Shown: positions 21,721-36,940, counted from the first letter of the stretch. The stretch is DNA of 64,000 bases from Escherichia coli (GCF_030013595.1 NZ_CP122768.1); one strand, 5' to 3'. Notes: generated from the sequence alone by a model not told the origin. A program made the numbers and translations.

Positions 21721-22746
21721 TTACGCCAGTTGTACGGACACGAACGCATCAGGGTCAGCCAGCAGCATCAGCGGTGCTGACTGAATCATGGTGAACTCAC
21801 GCGCCGGATCGCCGGTGGTCACCCAGTTTTTCGGGTAGCGGGCAGAGGCGTTAATACCTTCGCGCTGTGCGTCCGCATCCTGAATGCAGCCATAGGTGCG
21901 CAGACCGCGTGCCTGAGTGTTCCCCAGCACCATCGTGTTGTCCGGAAGGAAGTTCTTTTTGACGTCGTTTTCCACATACTGTCCGGAATACACGACGATC
22001 GCCGTATCGCCATACATCCCCTTATAGGACACCGCTTCGCCCAGGTCTTTTACCGCTGTCTCCAGCTCGGAATTAGAGCCGCGACGGGTATCCAGCTTCT
22101 CCCTGACGGCTTTGAAGGAACGGAACAGCGCCCAGCCTTTCGGATCAAACACGATGATATTCACCACACCGCTGGCGTTCAGCGCGTAGGCTTCGATATC
22201 GTCGGTCGGGTCATACGTGGACTTGTCACGCTTGCTCCACTCCGTACCGCCGGACTGCGTGATGTTGTTCGCCACACTGCGGCCCATATCCACTTCAACC
22301 GGATCGAAGGCTTCACCGGTCATGGTGTATTTGCCCTTAAGCACGGCAGAAACTGCCTGCATCTCTTCGACCTGAGCAATGGCCAGCTCTTCGTCTCGCA
22401 TGTTCTGCAGGATGATGCGACGGCGGCGGTAAGCCGGGTCCGCCAGATTCTGTGGATCTTCATCCGGCAGGCGACGCAGGGTCATCTGCGGATTCACCTC
22501 ATGCTTGGGTTTGACATATCCCGGTGTAAATTCAGAGGTGGAGCCGCCACGGGAGCGGATAACCTCACCGGAAACAATCGGCGAAACGTACAGCGCCATG
22601 TTTACCAGTCCCGGAATTTGTGAGAGATAGACTTTCTCCGTGGTGAAGGGATAGCTCTCACGGAAAAAGAGACGCAGAAACAGCGGATCAAACTTAAATT
22701 TCTTCTCATTTGCCGCCAGCAGCTGGGCGGTTGTGTACATCGACAT
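21721..22746 (-). CDS. E: Major capsid protein E
   Basis: 341 aa from MSMYTTAQLL; lambda gpE-like. Confidence 0.9.
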   Translation of the reverse strand: MSMYTTAQLLAANEKKFKFDPLFLRLFFRESYPFTTEKVYLSQIPGLVNMALYVSPIVSGEVIRSRGGSTSEFTPGYVKPKHEVNPQMTLRRLPDEDPQNLADPAYRRRRIILQNMRDEELAIAQVEEMQAVSAVLKGKYTMTGEAFDPVEVDMGRSVANNITQSGGTEWSKRDKSTYDPTDDIEAYALNASGVVNIIVFDPKGWALFRSFKAVREKLDTRRGSNSELETAVKDLGEAVSYKGMYGDTAIVVYSGQYVENDVKKNFLPDNTMVLGNTQARGLRTYGCIQDADAQREGINASARYPKNWVTTGDPAREFTMIQSAPLMLLADPDAFVSVQLA

Positions 22747-22801
22747 AAAAAAATCCCGTAAAAAAAGCCGCACAGGCGGCCTTTAGTGATGAAGGGTAAG
22801 G

Positions 22802-23134
22802 TTAAACGATGCTGATTGCCGTTCCGGCAAACGCGGTCCGTTTTTTCGTCTCGTCGATGGCAGCCTCCGGCCAGAGCACATCCTCATAACGGAACGTGCC
22901 GGACTTGTAGTACGTCAGCGTGGTGCTGGTCTGGTCAGCATCAACCGCCAGAATGCCAACGGCAGCACCGTCGGTGGTGCCATCCCACGCAACCAGCTTA
23001 CGGGTGGAGGTATCCAGCATCAGCGGGGTCATTGCAGGCGCTTTCGCACTCAATCCGCCGGGCGCGGTTGCCGTATGTGCCGGGTCACTGTTGCCCAGCG
23101 GCTGGTAATGGGTAAAGGTTTCTTTGCTCGTCAT
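22802..23134 (-). CDS. D: Capsid decoration protein D
   Basis: 110 aa from MTSKETF; lambda gpD-like. Confidence 0.9.
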   Translation of the reverse strand: MTSKETFTHYQPLGNSDPAHTATAPGGLSAKAPAMTPLMLDTSTRKLVAWDGTTDGAAVGILAVDADQTSTTLTYYKSGTFRYEDVLWPEAAIDETKKRTAFAGTAISIV

Positions 23135-23143
23135 AAACATCCC

Positions 23144-24443
23144 TTACACTGGTGTGTTCAGCAAATCGTTAACGGCATCAGATGCCGGGTTACCTGCAGC
23201 CAGCGGTGCCGGTGCCCCCTGCATCAGACGATCCAGCGCAGTGTCACTGCGCGCCTGTGCACTCTGTGGTGCAGCTGCCAGAATGCGGCGGGCCGTTTCC
23301 ACGGTCATACCGGGGGTTTCGGCCAGCACGCGTGCCTGTTCTTCACGTCCGTGAGCCTCCTCACAGTTGAGGATCCCCATAATGCGACTGTTTTCTGCCG
23401 CAACCGCTGCGGTGATCTGCGCGTTTACGTCCGGCTGCGCCGCGCTGGCGTTCTCGCCCTCCGTCGCTTGCACCACGCCAGTAACGTCAGCCTGCGAAGC
23501 AGTGGCTGAAACAGTTGTTGATTGAGTCTCTTTGGTCATTCGCCCTCCTGAGAGACGGGATTTACGTGCATCCAGTGCATCACGCATGACGGTGATCGCA
23601 TCGGTACTGTTAACAAGTTCATCAGCCAGTCCGGCATCAATGGCCTCCTGACCGCTGTACACTGCAGCCTCGGTATCCAGCACAGCCTGCACAGACAGGC
23701 CGGTATATGCCGACACCTTCTGTGCAAACATCCGGCGGGTTGCATCCATCCGGGACTGCAGTGTTTCCCGGACATCATCCGGTAGATGGCTGTAGGGGTT
23801 GCCATCCACCTTATGGCTGCCGCTGTAAATCAGCGTGATTTCCACGCCCTGTTTCTCCAGCGCAGCGCCGTAATTACTGTGAGCCATCATGACGCCGATG
23901 GAGCCTGTCCGGGCGGTCTGCGTGACCAGACGCCGGGAGGCGGCACTGGCAAGCAGCTGACCTGCGCTGCAGTTCATGTCATTGGCCAGCGCCCATACCG
24001 GCTTTATGTCACGCACACGGGCGATGATGTCAGCGCAGTCAAATGCCCCCGCCACCATTCCGCCTGGCGTATCCATATCGAGCAGAATGCCGTCCACCAT
24101 CGGGTCACTGGCAGCCTGTTGCAGACGGGCGATAATGCCGTTGTAACCGGTCATTCCCGAATACGGCTGCAGCGCCCGCGTCCGACTGACCAGCGTACCG
24201 GACACCGGCAGCACGGCGATGCCGTTCATGACCTGATAACTGCGGGCCTGTCGTGGTCCGTCATCATCACCGGATAACGCCAGCGCCGCGGGTGCCTCTC
24301 CGGCAGTCAGGCTGTCGCCGGATACTGCATCCGTCAGGCGGCTGATCCCAAGCTGGCCTGCAAGCGCACAAAAGAAAACCCGCGCATAGGCGGGTTCAAG
24401 CATCAGCGGCTCATTAAAAGCCATGCTGGCAATATGCGGGAGA

Positions 24444-24463
<20 letters not shown>
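23144..24463 (-). CDS. C: Head maturation protease C with in-frame scaffold Nu3 in the 3' part
   Basis: 439 aa from a GTG start (VTAELRNLPHIASMAF); overlaps the B stop by 20 nt; lambda gpC-like. Confidence 0.85.
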
Positions 24464-28144
<3,681 letters not shown>

Positions 28145-28170
<26 letters not shown>

Positions 28171-28690
28171 TCAGCAACCCCGGTATCAGTTCATCCAGCG
28201 CGGCTGCTTTGTTCATGGCTTTGATGATATCCCGTTTCAGGAAATCAACATGTCGGTTTTCCAGTTCCGGAAAACGCCGCTGCACCGACAGGGGGATCCC
28301 GTCGAGAATACTGGCAATTTCACCTGCGATCCGCGACAGCACGAAAGTACAGAATGCGGTTTCCACCACTTCAGCGGAGTCTCTGGCATTCTTCAGTTCC
28401 TGTGCGTCGGCCTGCGCACGCGTAAGTCGATGGCGTTCGTACTCAATAGTCCCTGGCTGGAGATCTGTCTCGCTGGCCTGCCGCAGTTCTTCAACTTCCC
28501 GGCGCAGCTTTTCGTTCTCAATTTCAGCATCCCTTTCGGCATACCATTTTATAACGGCGGCAGAGTCATAAAGCACCTCATTACCCTTGCCACCGCCTCG
28601 CAGAACGGGCATTCCCTGTTCCTGCCAGTTCTGAATGGTACGGATACTCGCACCGAAAATGTCAGCCAGCTGCTTTTTGTTGACTTCCAT
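28145..28690 (-). CDS. nu1: Terminase small subunit Nu1
   Basis: 181 aa, MEVNKKQLADIFGASIRTIQNWQEQGMP as in lambda Nu1. Confidence 0.9.
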
Positions 28691-28867
28691 TGTTCATTCC
28701 ACGGACAAAAACAGAGAAAGGAAACGACAAAGGCCAAAAAGCCCGTTTTCAGCACCTGTCGTTTCCTTTCTTTTCAGGGGGTATTTTAAATAAAAACATT
28801 AAGTTACGACGAAGAAGAACGGAAACACCTTAAACCGGAAAATTTTCATAAATAGCGAAAACCCGCG

Positions 28868-28879
28868 AGGTCGCCGCCC
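28868..28879. other. cosN cohesive-end site within the cos region
   Basis: aggtcgccgccc is the reverse complement of the lambda 12-nt cohesive end GGGCGGCGACCT; the flanking ~190 bp match the lambda cosB region as recalled. Confidence 0.75.
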
Positions 28880-29078
28880 CGTAACCTGTCGGATCGCCGG
28901 AAAGGACCCGCAAAATGATAATAATTATCATCTACATGTCACAACGTGCATCTACGCCATCAAACCACGTCAAATAATCAATTATGACGCAGGTATCGTA
29001 TTAATTGATCCGCATCAACTTAACGTAAAAACAACTTCAGACAATACAAATCAGCGACACTGAATACGGGGCAACCTC

Positions 29079-29273
29079 ATGTCAACGAAGAACAGAACCC
29101 GCAGAACAACAACCCGCAACATCCGCTTTCCTAACCAAATGATTGAACAAATTAACATCGCTCTTGATCAAAAAGGGTCCGGGAATTTCTCAGCCTGGGT
29201 CATTGAAGCCTGCCGTCGGAGGCTAACGTCAGAAAAGAGAGCATATACATCAATTAAAAGTGATGAAGAATGA
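29079..29273 (+). CDS. YlcI-like small protein
   Basis: 64-aa ORF resembling DLP12 ylcI. Confidence 0.6.
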   Translation: MSTKNRTRRTTTRNIRFPNQMIEQINIALDQKGSGNFSAWVIEACRRRLTSEKRAYTSIKSDEE

Positions 29274-29437
29274 ACATCCCGCGTTCTTCCCTCCGAACAG
29301 GACGATATTGTAAATTCACTTAATTACGAGGGCATTGCAGTAATTGAGTTGCAGTTTTACCACTTTCCTGACAGTGACAGACTGCGTGTTGGCTCTGTCA
29401 CAGGTTAAGTAGTTTGAATGATTAGCAGTTATGGTGA

Positions 29438-29644
29438 TCAGTCAACCACCAGGGAATAATCCTTCATATTATTATCGTGCTTCACCAACGCTGCCTCAAT
29501 TGCCCTGAATGCTTCCAGAGACACCTTATGTTCTATACATGCAATTACAACATCAGGGTAACTCATAGAAATGGTGCTATTAAGCATATTTTTTACACGA
29601 ATCAGATCCACGGAGGGATCATCAGCAGATTGTTCTTTATTCAT
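29438..29644 (-). CDS. YbcW-like small protein
   Basis: 68-aa ORF resembling DLP12 ybcW. Confidence 0.6.
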
Positions 29645-29887
29645 TTTGTCGCTCCATGCGCTTGCTCTTCATCTAGCGGTTAAAATATTACTTCAAATCT
29701 TTCTGTATGAAGATTTGAGCACGTTGGCCTTACATACATCTGTCGGTTGTATTTCCCTCCAGAATGCCAGCAGGACCGCACTTTGTTACACAACCAATAC
29801 TATTAATTGAAAACATTCCTAATATTTGACATAAATCATCAACAAAACACAAAGAGGTCAGACCAGATTGAAACGATAAAAACGATA

Positions 29888-30340
29888 ATGCAAACTACGC
29901 GCCCTCGTATCACATGGAAGGTTTTACCAATGGCTCAGGTTGCCATTTTTAAAGAAATATTCGATCAAGTGCGAAAAGATTTAAACTGTGAATTGTTTTA
30001 TTCTGAACTAAAACGTCACAATGTCTCACATTATATTTACTATCTAGCCACAGATAATATTCACATTGTGTTAGAAAACGATAACACTGTGTTAATAAAA
30101 GGACTTAAAAAGGTTGTAAATGTTAAATTCTCAAGAAATACGCATCTTATAGAAACGTCCTTTGATAGGTTGAAATCAAGAGAAATCACATTTCAGCAAT
30201 ACAGGGAAAATCTTGCTAAAGCAGGAGTTTTCCGATGGGTTACAAATATCCACGAACATAAAAGATATTACTATACCTTTGATAATTCATTACTATTTAC
30301 TGAGAGCATTCAGAACACTACACAAATCTTTCCACGCTAA
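29888..30340 (+). CDS. YbcV-like protein
   Basis: 150 aa from ATG at 29888 ([12 protein letters not shown]); DLP12 ybcV-like. Confidence 0.65.
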   Translation: MQTTRPRITWKVLPMAQVAIFKEIFDQVRKDLNCELFYSELKRHNVSHYIYYLATDNIHIVLENDNTVLIKGLKKVVNVKFSRNTHLIETSFDRLKSREITFQQYRENLAKAGVFRWVTNIHEHKRYYYTFDNSLLFTESIQNTTQIFPR

Positions 30341-30630
30341 ATCATAACGTCCGGTTTCTTCCGTGTCAGCACCGGGGCGTTGGCATAATGCAATACGTGT
30401 ACGCGCTAAACCCTGTGTGCATCGTTTTTAATTATTCCCGGACACTCCCGCAGAGAAGTTCCCCGTCAGGGCTGTGGACATAGTTAATCCGGGAATACAA
30501 TGACGATTCATCGCACCTGACATACATTAATAAATATTAACAATATGAAATTTCAACTCATTGTTTAGGGTTTGTTTAATTTTCTACACATACGATTCTG
30601 CGAACTTCAAAAAGCATCGGGAATAACACC

Positions 30631-30924
30631 ATGAAAAAAATGCTACTCGCTACTGCGCTGGCCCTGCTTATTACAGGATGTGCTCAACAGACGTTTACTG
30701 TTCAAAACAAACAGACAGCAGTAGCACCAAAGGAAACCATCACCCATCATTTCTTCGTTTCTGGAATTGGGCAGAAGAAAACTGTCGATGCAGCCAAAAT
30801 TTGTGGCGGCGCAGAAAATGTTGTTAAAACAGAAACCCAGCAAACATTCGTAAATGGATTGCTCGGTTTTATTACTTTAGGCATTTATACTCCGCTGGAA
30901 GCGCGTGTGTATTGCTCAAAATAA
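30631..30924 (+). CDS. bor: Bor lipoprotein (serum resistance)
   Basis: 97 aa with lipobox LITGC; Bor-like sequence; opposite strand to the lysis genes. Confidence 0.85.
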   Translation: MKKMLLATALALLITGCAQQTFTVQNKQTAVAPKETITHHFFVSGIGQKKTVDAAKICGGAENVVKTETQQTFVNGLLGFITLGIYTPLEARVYCSK

Positions 30925-30955
30925 TTGCATGAGTTGCCCATCGATATGGTCAGCT

Positions 30956-31429
30956 CTATCTGCACTGCTCATTAATATACTTCTGGGTTCCTTCCAGTTG
31001 TTTTTGCATAGTGATCAGCCTCTCTCTGAGGGTGAAATAATCCCGTTCAGCGGTGTCTGCCAGTCGGGGGGAGGCTGCATTATCCACGCCGGAGGCCGTG
31101 GTGGCTTCACGCACTGACTGACAGACTGCTTTGATGTGCAACCGACGACGACCAGCGGCAACATCATCACGCAGAGCATCATTTTCAGCTTTCGCATCAG
31201 CTAACTCCTTCGTGTATTTTGCATCGAGCGCAGCAACATCACGCTGACGCATCTGCATGTCAGTAATTGCCGCGTTCGCTAGCTTCAGTTCTCTGGCATT
31301 TTTGTCGCGCTGGGCTTTGTAGGCGATTGCGTTATCACGGTAATGATTGACCGCCCATGACAGGCTGACGATGATGCAGATAATCAGAGCGGATATAATC
31401 GCGGTTACTCTGCTCACTGTTGCCCCCAC
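30956..31429 (-). CDS. rz: Spanin inner-membrane subunit Rz
   Basis: 157 aa with N-terminal TM segment and coiled coil; overlaps the endolysin 3' end. Confidence 0.8.
31015..31197 (-). CDS. rz1: Spanin outer-membrane lipoprotein Rz1, embedded in Rz
   Basis: 60-aa ORF in the +1 frame inside Rz; lipobox VVGC; proline-rich. Confidence 0.7.
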   Translation of the reverse strand: MRKLKMMLCVMMLPLVVVGCTSKQSVSQCVKPPRPPAWIMQPPPDWQTPLNGIISPSERG

Positions 31430-31911
31430 AAACAGACTTCACGCTCAATCTCACGACGAGTCATCAGGCCTTTCCATTGCTTACCGCCAGCGTATGTCCA
31501 GCGACGCAGCTGATCACATGCGCCTTTGATATCGCCCTGGTTTATTTTGCGAAGAAGCGTCGATGTTCTAAAATTGCCAGCACCCACATTGTAAACGAAT
31601 GAGTAAAGAGCGCCGCGCGTTGTTTCCGGTATATCGACTTTGATATACGGGTTAATTTGTCTGGCGACAGTGGCAAGGTCTTTATTCAAGAGTGCTTTGC
31701 ATTCTGCTTTGGTATACGTTTTACCGAGCATGATGTCTTTTCCGGTGTGTCCGTGACATACAGTCCATACACCAACAATATCTTTGTATGGTATGTAGCT
31801 GACACCTTCCAGACCATCGTTACCACTTGGGCCAGTGATTAACACTGATGCTATAGCAATTGCTCCGCCACCAATAGCAGCAGCAACGGCTTTTCGTAAT
31901 GATGGAGGCAT
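31414..31911 (-). CDS. SAR endolysin (lysozyme, phage-21 R type)
   Basis: 165 aa; Gly/Ala-rich weakly hydrophobic N-terminal SAR segment; E..D..T lysozyme catalytic pattern. Confidence 0.85.
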
Positions 31912-32126
31912 TATTCACCTCTCGCAGCCTTGCGCTTATCTTCTTTAATCTTGAAATAAAGGTTTGTCAGGTACGTCAGCAGGCCAAATACCAGGCTACC
32001 CAGCACACCTATTGCTGCCCACTGTGAGGGAGTGACTTTATCGAGCAGCTGTAAAAACCAGTAACCGGCACTACCTGCTGAGGTGCCATAGGCGACTCCA
32101 GTTGTTAACTTATCCATGAATTTCAT
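31911..32126 (-). CDS. Pinholin (S21-like holin)
   Basis: 71 aa from [23 protein letters not shown]; two TM segments; phage-21 pinholin-like. Confidence 0.8.
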
Positions 32127-32713
32127 AACCCCACCTCGCAGACAAAGCGGGTGTAAATTGAGGGAATACAACGTATCGCAAAAAAGCAGAAACGTAACTG
32201 ACTCCGAGTCAGTGAATAACTCAGGTATTGAGTTATCAGCTAATATCGAGACTCAAAAAATGGAAAAACCAGCTCGACGGCGGGTTTAAGCTGTGTGACG
32301 AAGTAACCACTCTTAACAGCATAACCAATTTTTTACGTACGTAAACCACTGAATGATATTTATGAGAATGCTACCGAGTGTTCAAAACATCACCACAAAT
32401 ACATAAGAAAACCTCAACAAATAACCAATAAATAATTTCCAGTGTTATTTTTAGCCGGTTTAAATTAAACAGACGAATTATAGAACCACCATAAATAACA
32501 GCCATTAATATAAATTAGCTAATAGATTTATTTTTGTTCAAATAAGAGCCATAAATAGGTTTCGATAGAAAAAGTTCAGATAAAAATAGAGATCTACTTC
32601 ACAAATTAAATGAGAAACTAAAACTTACATCTTGAAATAATCACATTGATTAGATGAATATTTATCGCGCAGTGACATCATTTTTTAATAATAGTTCAAA
32701 AAAAGGGCTCACG

Positions 32714-33811
32714 ATGAAAAAATTAACAGTGGCAATTTCTGCTGTAGCTGCATCAGTACTGATGGCGATGTCTGCTCAGGCAGCTGAAATTTATAATAAA
32801 GACAGTAACAAGCTGGATCTGTACGGGAAAGTTAATGCCAAGCACTACTTTTCCTCTAACGATGCAGATGATGGTGATACTACTTATGTTCGTCTGGGCT
32901 TCAAAGGCGAAACCCAAATCAACGATCAGCTGACTGGTTTCGGTCAGTGGGAATATGAATTCAAAGGCAACCGCGCTGAATCTCAAGGTTCCTCCAAAGA
33001 CAAAACCCGTCTTGCATTTGCAGGCCTGAAATTCGGTGACTACGGCTCAATCGATTACGGCCGTAACTACGGTGTAGCATACGACATCGGTGCGTGGACT
33101 GACGTTCTGCCAGAATTCGGTGGCGATACCTGGACCCAAACAGATGTGTTCATGACTGGTCGCACCACTGGTGTTGCAACCTATCGTAACAACGACTTCT
33201 TTGGTCTGGTTGATGGTCTGAACTTTGCTGCTCAGTACCAAGGCAAAAACGATCGTAGCGATTTCGATAACTACACCGAAGGTAACGGTGATGGCTTCGG
33301 TTTCTCTGCTACCTATGAATACGAAGGATTCGGTATCGGTGCAACTTATGCGAAATCTGATCGTACCGACACTCAAGTTAATGCAGGGAAAGTTCTTCCT
33401 GAAGTATTTGCTTCCGGTAAAAATGCAGAAGTTTGGGCCGCAGGTCTGAAATATGACGCTAACAACATTTACCTGGCCACTACCTATTCTGAAACCCAGA
33501 ATATGACTGTATTTGCTGATCACTTCGTTGCTAATAAAGCTCAAAACTTCGAAGCTGTTGCACAATATCAGTTCGATTTCGGTCTGCGTCCGTCCGTTGC
33601 TTACCTGCAATCTAAAGGTAAGGATCTTGGAGTATGGGGCGATCAGGACTTAGTCAAATATGTTGATGTAGGTGCAACCTATTACTTCAACAAAAATATG
33701 TCTACTTTCGTTGATTACAAAATCAACCTGCTTGACAAAAATGACTTCACTAAAGCACTCGGTGTAAGCACTGATGACATCGTTGCTGTAGGTCTGGTTT
33801 ACCAGTTCTAA
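32714..33811 (+). CDS. nmpC: Outer membrane porin NmpC (OmpD-like), intact
   Basis: 365 aa from [11 protein letters not shown]; general porin sequence ending in F; lies between Q and the lysis genes on the opposite strand, as in DLP12. Confidence 0.9.
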   Translation: MKKLTVAISAVAASVLMAMSAQAAEIYNKDSNKLDLYGKVNAKHYFSSNDADDGDTTYVRLGFKGETQINDQLTGFGQWEYEFKGNRAESQGSSKDKTRLAFAGLKFGDYGSIDYGRNYGVAYDIGAWTDVLPEFGGDTWTQTDVFMTGRTTGVATYRNNDFFGLVDGLNFAAQYQGKNDRSDFDNYTEGNGDGFGFSATYEYEGFGIGATYAKSDRTDTQVNAGKVLPEVFASGKNAEVWAAGLKYDANNIYLATTYSETQNMTVFADHFVANKAQNFEAVAQYQFDFGLRPSVAYLQSKGKDLGVWGDQDLVKYVDVGATYYFNKNMSTFVDYKINLLDKNDFTKALGVSTDDIVAVGLVYQF

Positions 33812-33820
33812 TCTGATTAC

Positions 33821-33861
33821 GAAAAAGATATGTTGCGGGAGGCGTTGCCTCCCCAACATAT
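33821..33861 (-). terminator. Candidate tR' late terminator downstream of Q
   Basis: Long hairpin atatgttgcgggagg..cctccccaacatat followed by a U-run on the minus strand, ~150 nt after the Q stop. Confidence 0.5.
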
Positions 33862-33948
33862 AAGTGGCTCCCTCAAGCCACTTCCTTTAGGAGCACAACC
33901 TTGCTTCTAACTATATAAACCTTCTGTTATATATTACCCTTTATTTTT

Positions 33949-33974
33949 GGGGGCGTTGCAACGCCCCATTTTTA
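33949..33974 (+). terminator. Intrinsic terminator downstream of nmpC
   Basis: Perfect palindrome ggggcgttgcaacgcccc followed by ttttt. Confidence 0.65.
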
Positions 33975-34000
33975 ATAACTTTCAGTAAACAATTGGCATA

Positions 34001-34384
34001 TTAATTAGAGTTATTAACAACGATATCCATCTCTAACCGGATATCTAATGCCATTAACATCCCTTCAATTATGCCCTCAGCCTTCTGTAACCTTTTCCCG
34101 ATATAACCATCAGAGCAGCAATGCTTACCTGCCAGTGACATGAATGTCATACCGACTACATAATAATCTACTAATAAATCGTGCAAATCGCTGTTGTTCT
34201 TTTTCAGACGGGCCATGCACCCGCAAATAATCATCGCGTCATCGTCACAACATTGCGGGCGAGATTTTACTTTTGAAGGAATTAATCCCTTAAAACCGGC
34301 GGCAATGGACGACCAGGTCACATCTTCATGATTATTAGCCGCCCACGCTCCCCAACGTTCAAGAACCATCTGAATATCACGCAT
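34001..34384 (-). CDS. Late antiterminator Q (phage-21 / DLP12 QuuD type)
   Basis: 127 aa from [18 protein letters not shown]; Cys-rich Q-like sequence. Confidence 0.85.
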   Translation of the reverse strand: MRDIQMVLERWGAWAANNHEDVTWSSIAAGFKGLIPSKVKSRPQCCDDDAMIICGCMARLKKNNSDLHDLLVDYYVVGMTFMSLAGKHCCSDGYIGKRLQKAEGIIEGMLMALDIRLEMDIVVNNSN

Positions 34385-34401
34385 TAACTTTCTCCACAAA
34401 A

Positions 34402-35397
34402 TCAGGCCAGCACACCAATCGCCAGTGCGCGATCGATAAAACGAAATATCAGCTCCAGCTGGGAGCCATACTTCTCTTCAAATGCCACGGTATCCGCATG
34501 CAGTTCGTCGTGGTGTTTTCTGCACAAAGGCAACACAAAAAGGTCATGCGCTTTTGTACCCATTCCACCCTGACCATGGCCTATCAGATGATGCGGATCA
34601 TCAGCTGGCTTTCCACAACATGCACACGGCTGTGTCTTAACCCAGCGCGTGTACTTTTCATTAACCCAGCGGCGACGTTTTGGGCGTAACATAAAAGACT
34701 CCGGCGACTCCGGATCCACTTTCAGCGCCAGCACCTTTTTCGCCTTATCCTGGATGATGCTGGTGGCAGGAACCGAAGGCACAAGGTCACTTTCCCGGGT
34801 AACAGACGGCACAACAGGCTTCGGTAATCTCAGTGCCTTACGGGCTGCACTTTCCGGTAAGGCATCCGCCAGATCATTACGAATCAGCCACCAGCACAGT
34901 TCCGGCATTGTCACAACGTGACTGTCATCAAAACCGAGATCCCGACGCACAACAGACAACACCCAGCGGGCACAGTTATCCGTTGCCATTGATTCCAGCC
35001 GTTCCGTGAACTGATCGCGCAGCTGGTTATCGCAGTGCCAGCACAGACGGATTGCACCCGGAGCGTGTCGCATTGTGGTCATGTTCTCGCTGTGCCAGTC
35101 GGAATGAGGCCACTGGCAGCCTTTTTCACGAAGTAACCAGCTTTCAAGACATTCCACGCCACCAGCACGACGGATCACTGCCTCATTGCGGAACACGGCC
35201 CGAACGGCAGGATCATCCGCCAGCGGTTGTGATGCCGCCGGAACGGCACCACTGGCGAAAGATGAATAACGCTCCGGCTCAGGCTCCAGCAGGACACGCC
35301 CCTGCATAAACAGGGGCATCAGCTCTGAACCTGGCCTGAACAATACGATCCCCATACGCGGGGCAATTTCAGGGGTCAGTAGTGCTCTCACGGTCAC
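34402..35397 (-). CDS. DUF968 / NinG-like protein with HNH-type Cys-His motif
   Basis: C-terminal [25 protein letters not shown] motif; GTG start at 35397 (alternative ATG further in). Confidence 0.65.
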   Translation of the reverse strand: MTVRALLTPEIAPRMGIVLFRPGSELMPLFMQGRVLLEPEPERYSSFASGAVPAASQPLADDPAVRAVFRNEAVIRRAGGVECLESWLLREKGCQWPHSDWHSENMTTMRHAPGAIRLCWHCDNQLRDQFTERLESMATDNCARWVLSVVRRDLGFDDSHVVTMPELCWWLIRNDLADALPESAARKALRLPKPVVPSVTRESDLVPSVPATSIIQDKAKKVLALKVDPESPESFMLRPKRRRWVNEKYTRWVKTQPCACCGKPADDPHHLIGHGQGGMGTKAHDLFVLPLCRKHHDELHADTVAFEEKYGSQLELIFRFIDRALAIGVLA

Positions 35398-35398
35398 C

Positions 35399-36208
35399 TC
35401 AATGAACGGTATCGAGCAGCTTTAACAGCTCAGGGAATCGGGATTCGAAGAAATGCGGCTGTGTCTCGCGCGGATTTGCGGGACTGGTGATGTTCTTGCC
35501 GAACATGCAACCTTTCGCTGTCAGCGACCAGAATTTTTTGATGTTGTTAATCGCTGTACGGCTGTATCGTTCGCGCTGCTCGACGATCCCCAGTTTCACC
35601 ATCTGGTGATATGCCTGATTAGCCGTCAGGCGTATACCATACTGTTTCAGCAGTGCACTCAGTGACAGTGTCGGGCGACTTGAGCCATCGTGTGCATCAG
35701 CAGGAGCATCAATGGCATAGCGCGGTGCCAGATTCGGTAAGCCAACAGCCTCCTGGAGTTTCTGACAGGCACCAAGCACTGAAGAGTTAGACAGGTTTAA
35801 CTCCCGGCGCATAAAGTCCAGCAGGATCACGCCAGCCTGCATCTTGTCAGCAGCCTGTCCGGATAATTTTTCCGGTGCGCTGGTTACCATATCGAAAGTA
35901 CGGATCACCTTCAGATGGAATGACGGGCTGATCCACATTGCATAGGCATACACCAGTTCCTTGCAGACATACGTTCCCCGTTCATTTCCCCCATGAATCA
36001 CACTCACCGGGTCAACACCCAAATTCTGGGTGTTGGTCAATTCATGAACAAGCTCAACAGTTTGTTGGCTGGAAAGAAACTTTCCCGGCTCCTTGGTTCT
36101 GGCATTTGCACCAGATGCTACTGCTGCGCGATGCAGATCGTTCAGGCTGTAACGCCCATAAGCATCACGACGAACTTCAATACCATCAATGACCATCAGA
36201 TTATTCAT
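35399..36208 (-). CDS. KilA-N domain protein (antirepressor-like)
   Basis: N-terminal KilA-N-like region (MNNLMVIDGIEVRRDAYGRYSLNDLHRAA). Confidence 0.7.
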   Translation of the reverse strand: MNNLMVIDGIEVRRDAYGRYSLNDLHRAAVASGANARTKEPGKFLSSQQTVELVHELTNTQNLGVDPVSVIHGGNERGTYVCKELVYAYAMWISPSFHLKVIRTFDMVTSAPEKLSGQAADKMQAGVILLDFMRRELNLSNSSVLGACQKLQEAVGLPNLAPRYAIDAPADAHDGSSRPTLSLSALLKQYGIRLTANQAYHQMVKLGIVEQRERYSRTAINNIKKFWSLTAKGCMFGKNITSPANPRETQPHFFESRFPELLKLLDTVH

Positions 36209-36227
36209 ACTTCGTTTCTCCTCTTGA

Positions 36228-36617
36228 TCAGGCGGCTGCACCCGCCGTTTTCTCGTACTTACTGATAGTGATCTCGACCTTCCCTTTCGGGATAACCGGT
36301 CCCCACTCCACCAGCATTCTTTTCACCTGACTGTCGTCTTCCCACACACCCGCATGGGTCAGGGCGTCAAACAGCGCCTTGTTATAGTTGTCCAGATCGC
36401 GGATCCGGTTATCCGGAGGAAACAACACGATCTCCACTGAAGCAGGTGCCGACGTTGGTTTCGGCAGACGACGTAACTGCTCAACTATTGCTGCGCACGC
36501 CGCGCTCTGGAATTTGCGCCCCGCTGCGCTTATCAGACTCTTACCAGCAAACGCCCCTTTGTTGGGGTGTCGCCAGTACGTGTTCACGCTGGGCGGGAAA
36601 GGCAAGATCAGCTTCAT
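36228..36617 (-). CDS. rusA: Holliday junction resolvase RusA
   Basis: 129 aa, RusA-like sequence with conserved acidic residues. Confidence 0.85.
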   Translation of the reverse strand: MKLILPFPPSVNTYWRHPNKGAFAGKSLISAAGRKFQSAACAAIVEQLRRLPKPTSAPASVEIVLFPPDNRIRDLDNYNKALFDALTHAGVWEDDSQVKRMLVEWGPVIPKGKVEITISKYEKTAGAAA

Positions 36618-36940
36618 ACTTTCAGGCCCCTCTCATGTAACCAGTGGGCTGCACGCAGCCTGGCGTTTTCCTCACCGGCAAGCAGTGCGCGGATAATCCC
36701 GACCGCCTCGCTGTCGTCGTCCTTCACCGCGGTATGAAGAGTTATCCCCCGGGCCACGCCACGCTTTATCGTGATGACGCCTTTTTTCTCCAGTGCGCGA
36801 AGATGCTCCACCGCTGCATTCACCGAACGGTATCCCAGCATGGTTGCCACCTCCTGATTGGTTGGCGGAAAGCCACGTTCTTGCTGGTAAGAAATCAGCA
36901 TATCCAGCACCTGCTGCTGGCATTGAGTTAACGTCGTCAT
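36614..36940 (-). CDS. LexA N-terminal DNA-binding-domain-like protein (no peptidase domain)
   Basis: 108 aa; resembles the LexA winged-HTH domain (QQQVLDMLISYQQERGFPPTNQEVATMLGYRSVNAAVEHLRALEKKGVI). Confidence 0.6.
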   Translation of the reverse strand: MTTLTQCQQQVLDMLISYQQERGFPPTNQEVATMLGYRSVNAAVEHLRALEKKGVITIKRGVARGITLHTAVKDDDSEAVGIIRALLAGEENARLRAAHWLHERGLKV

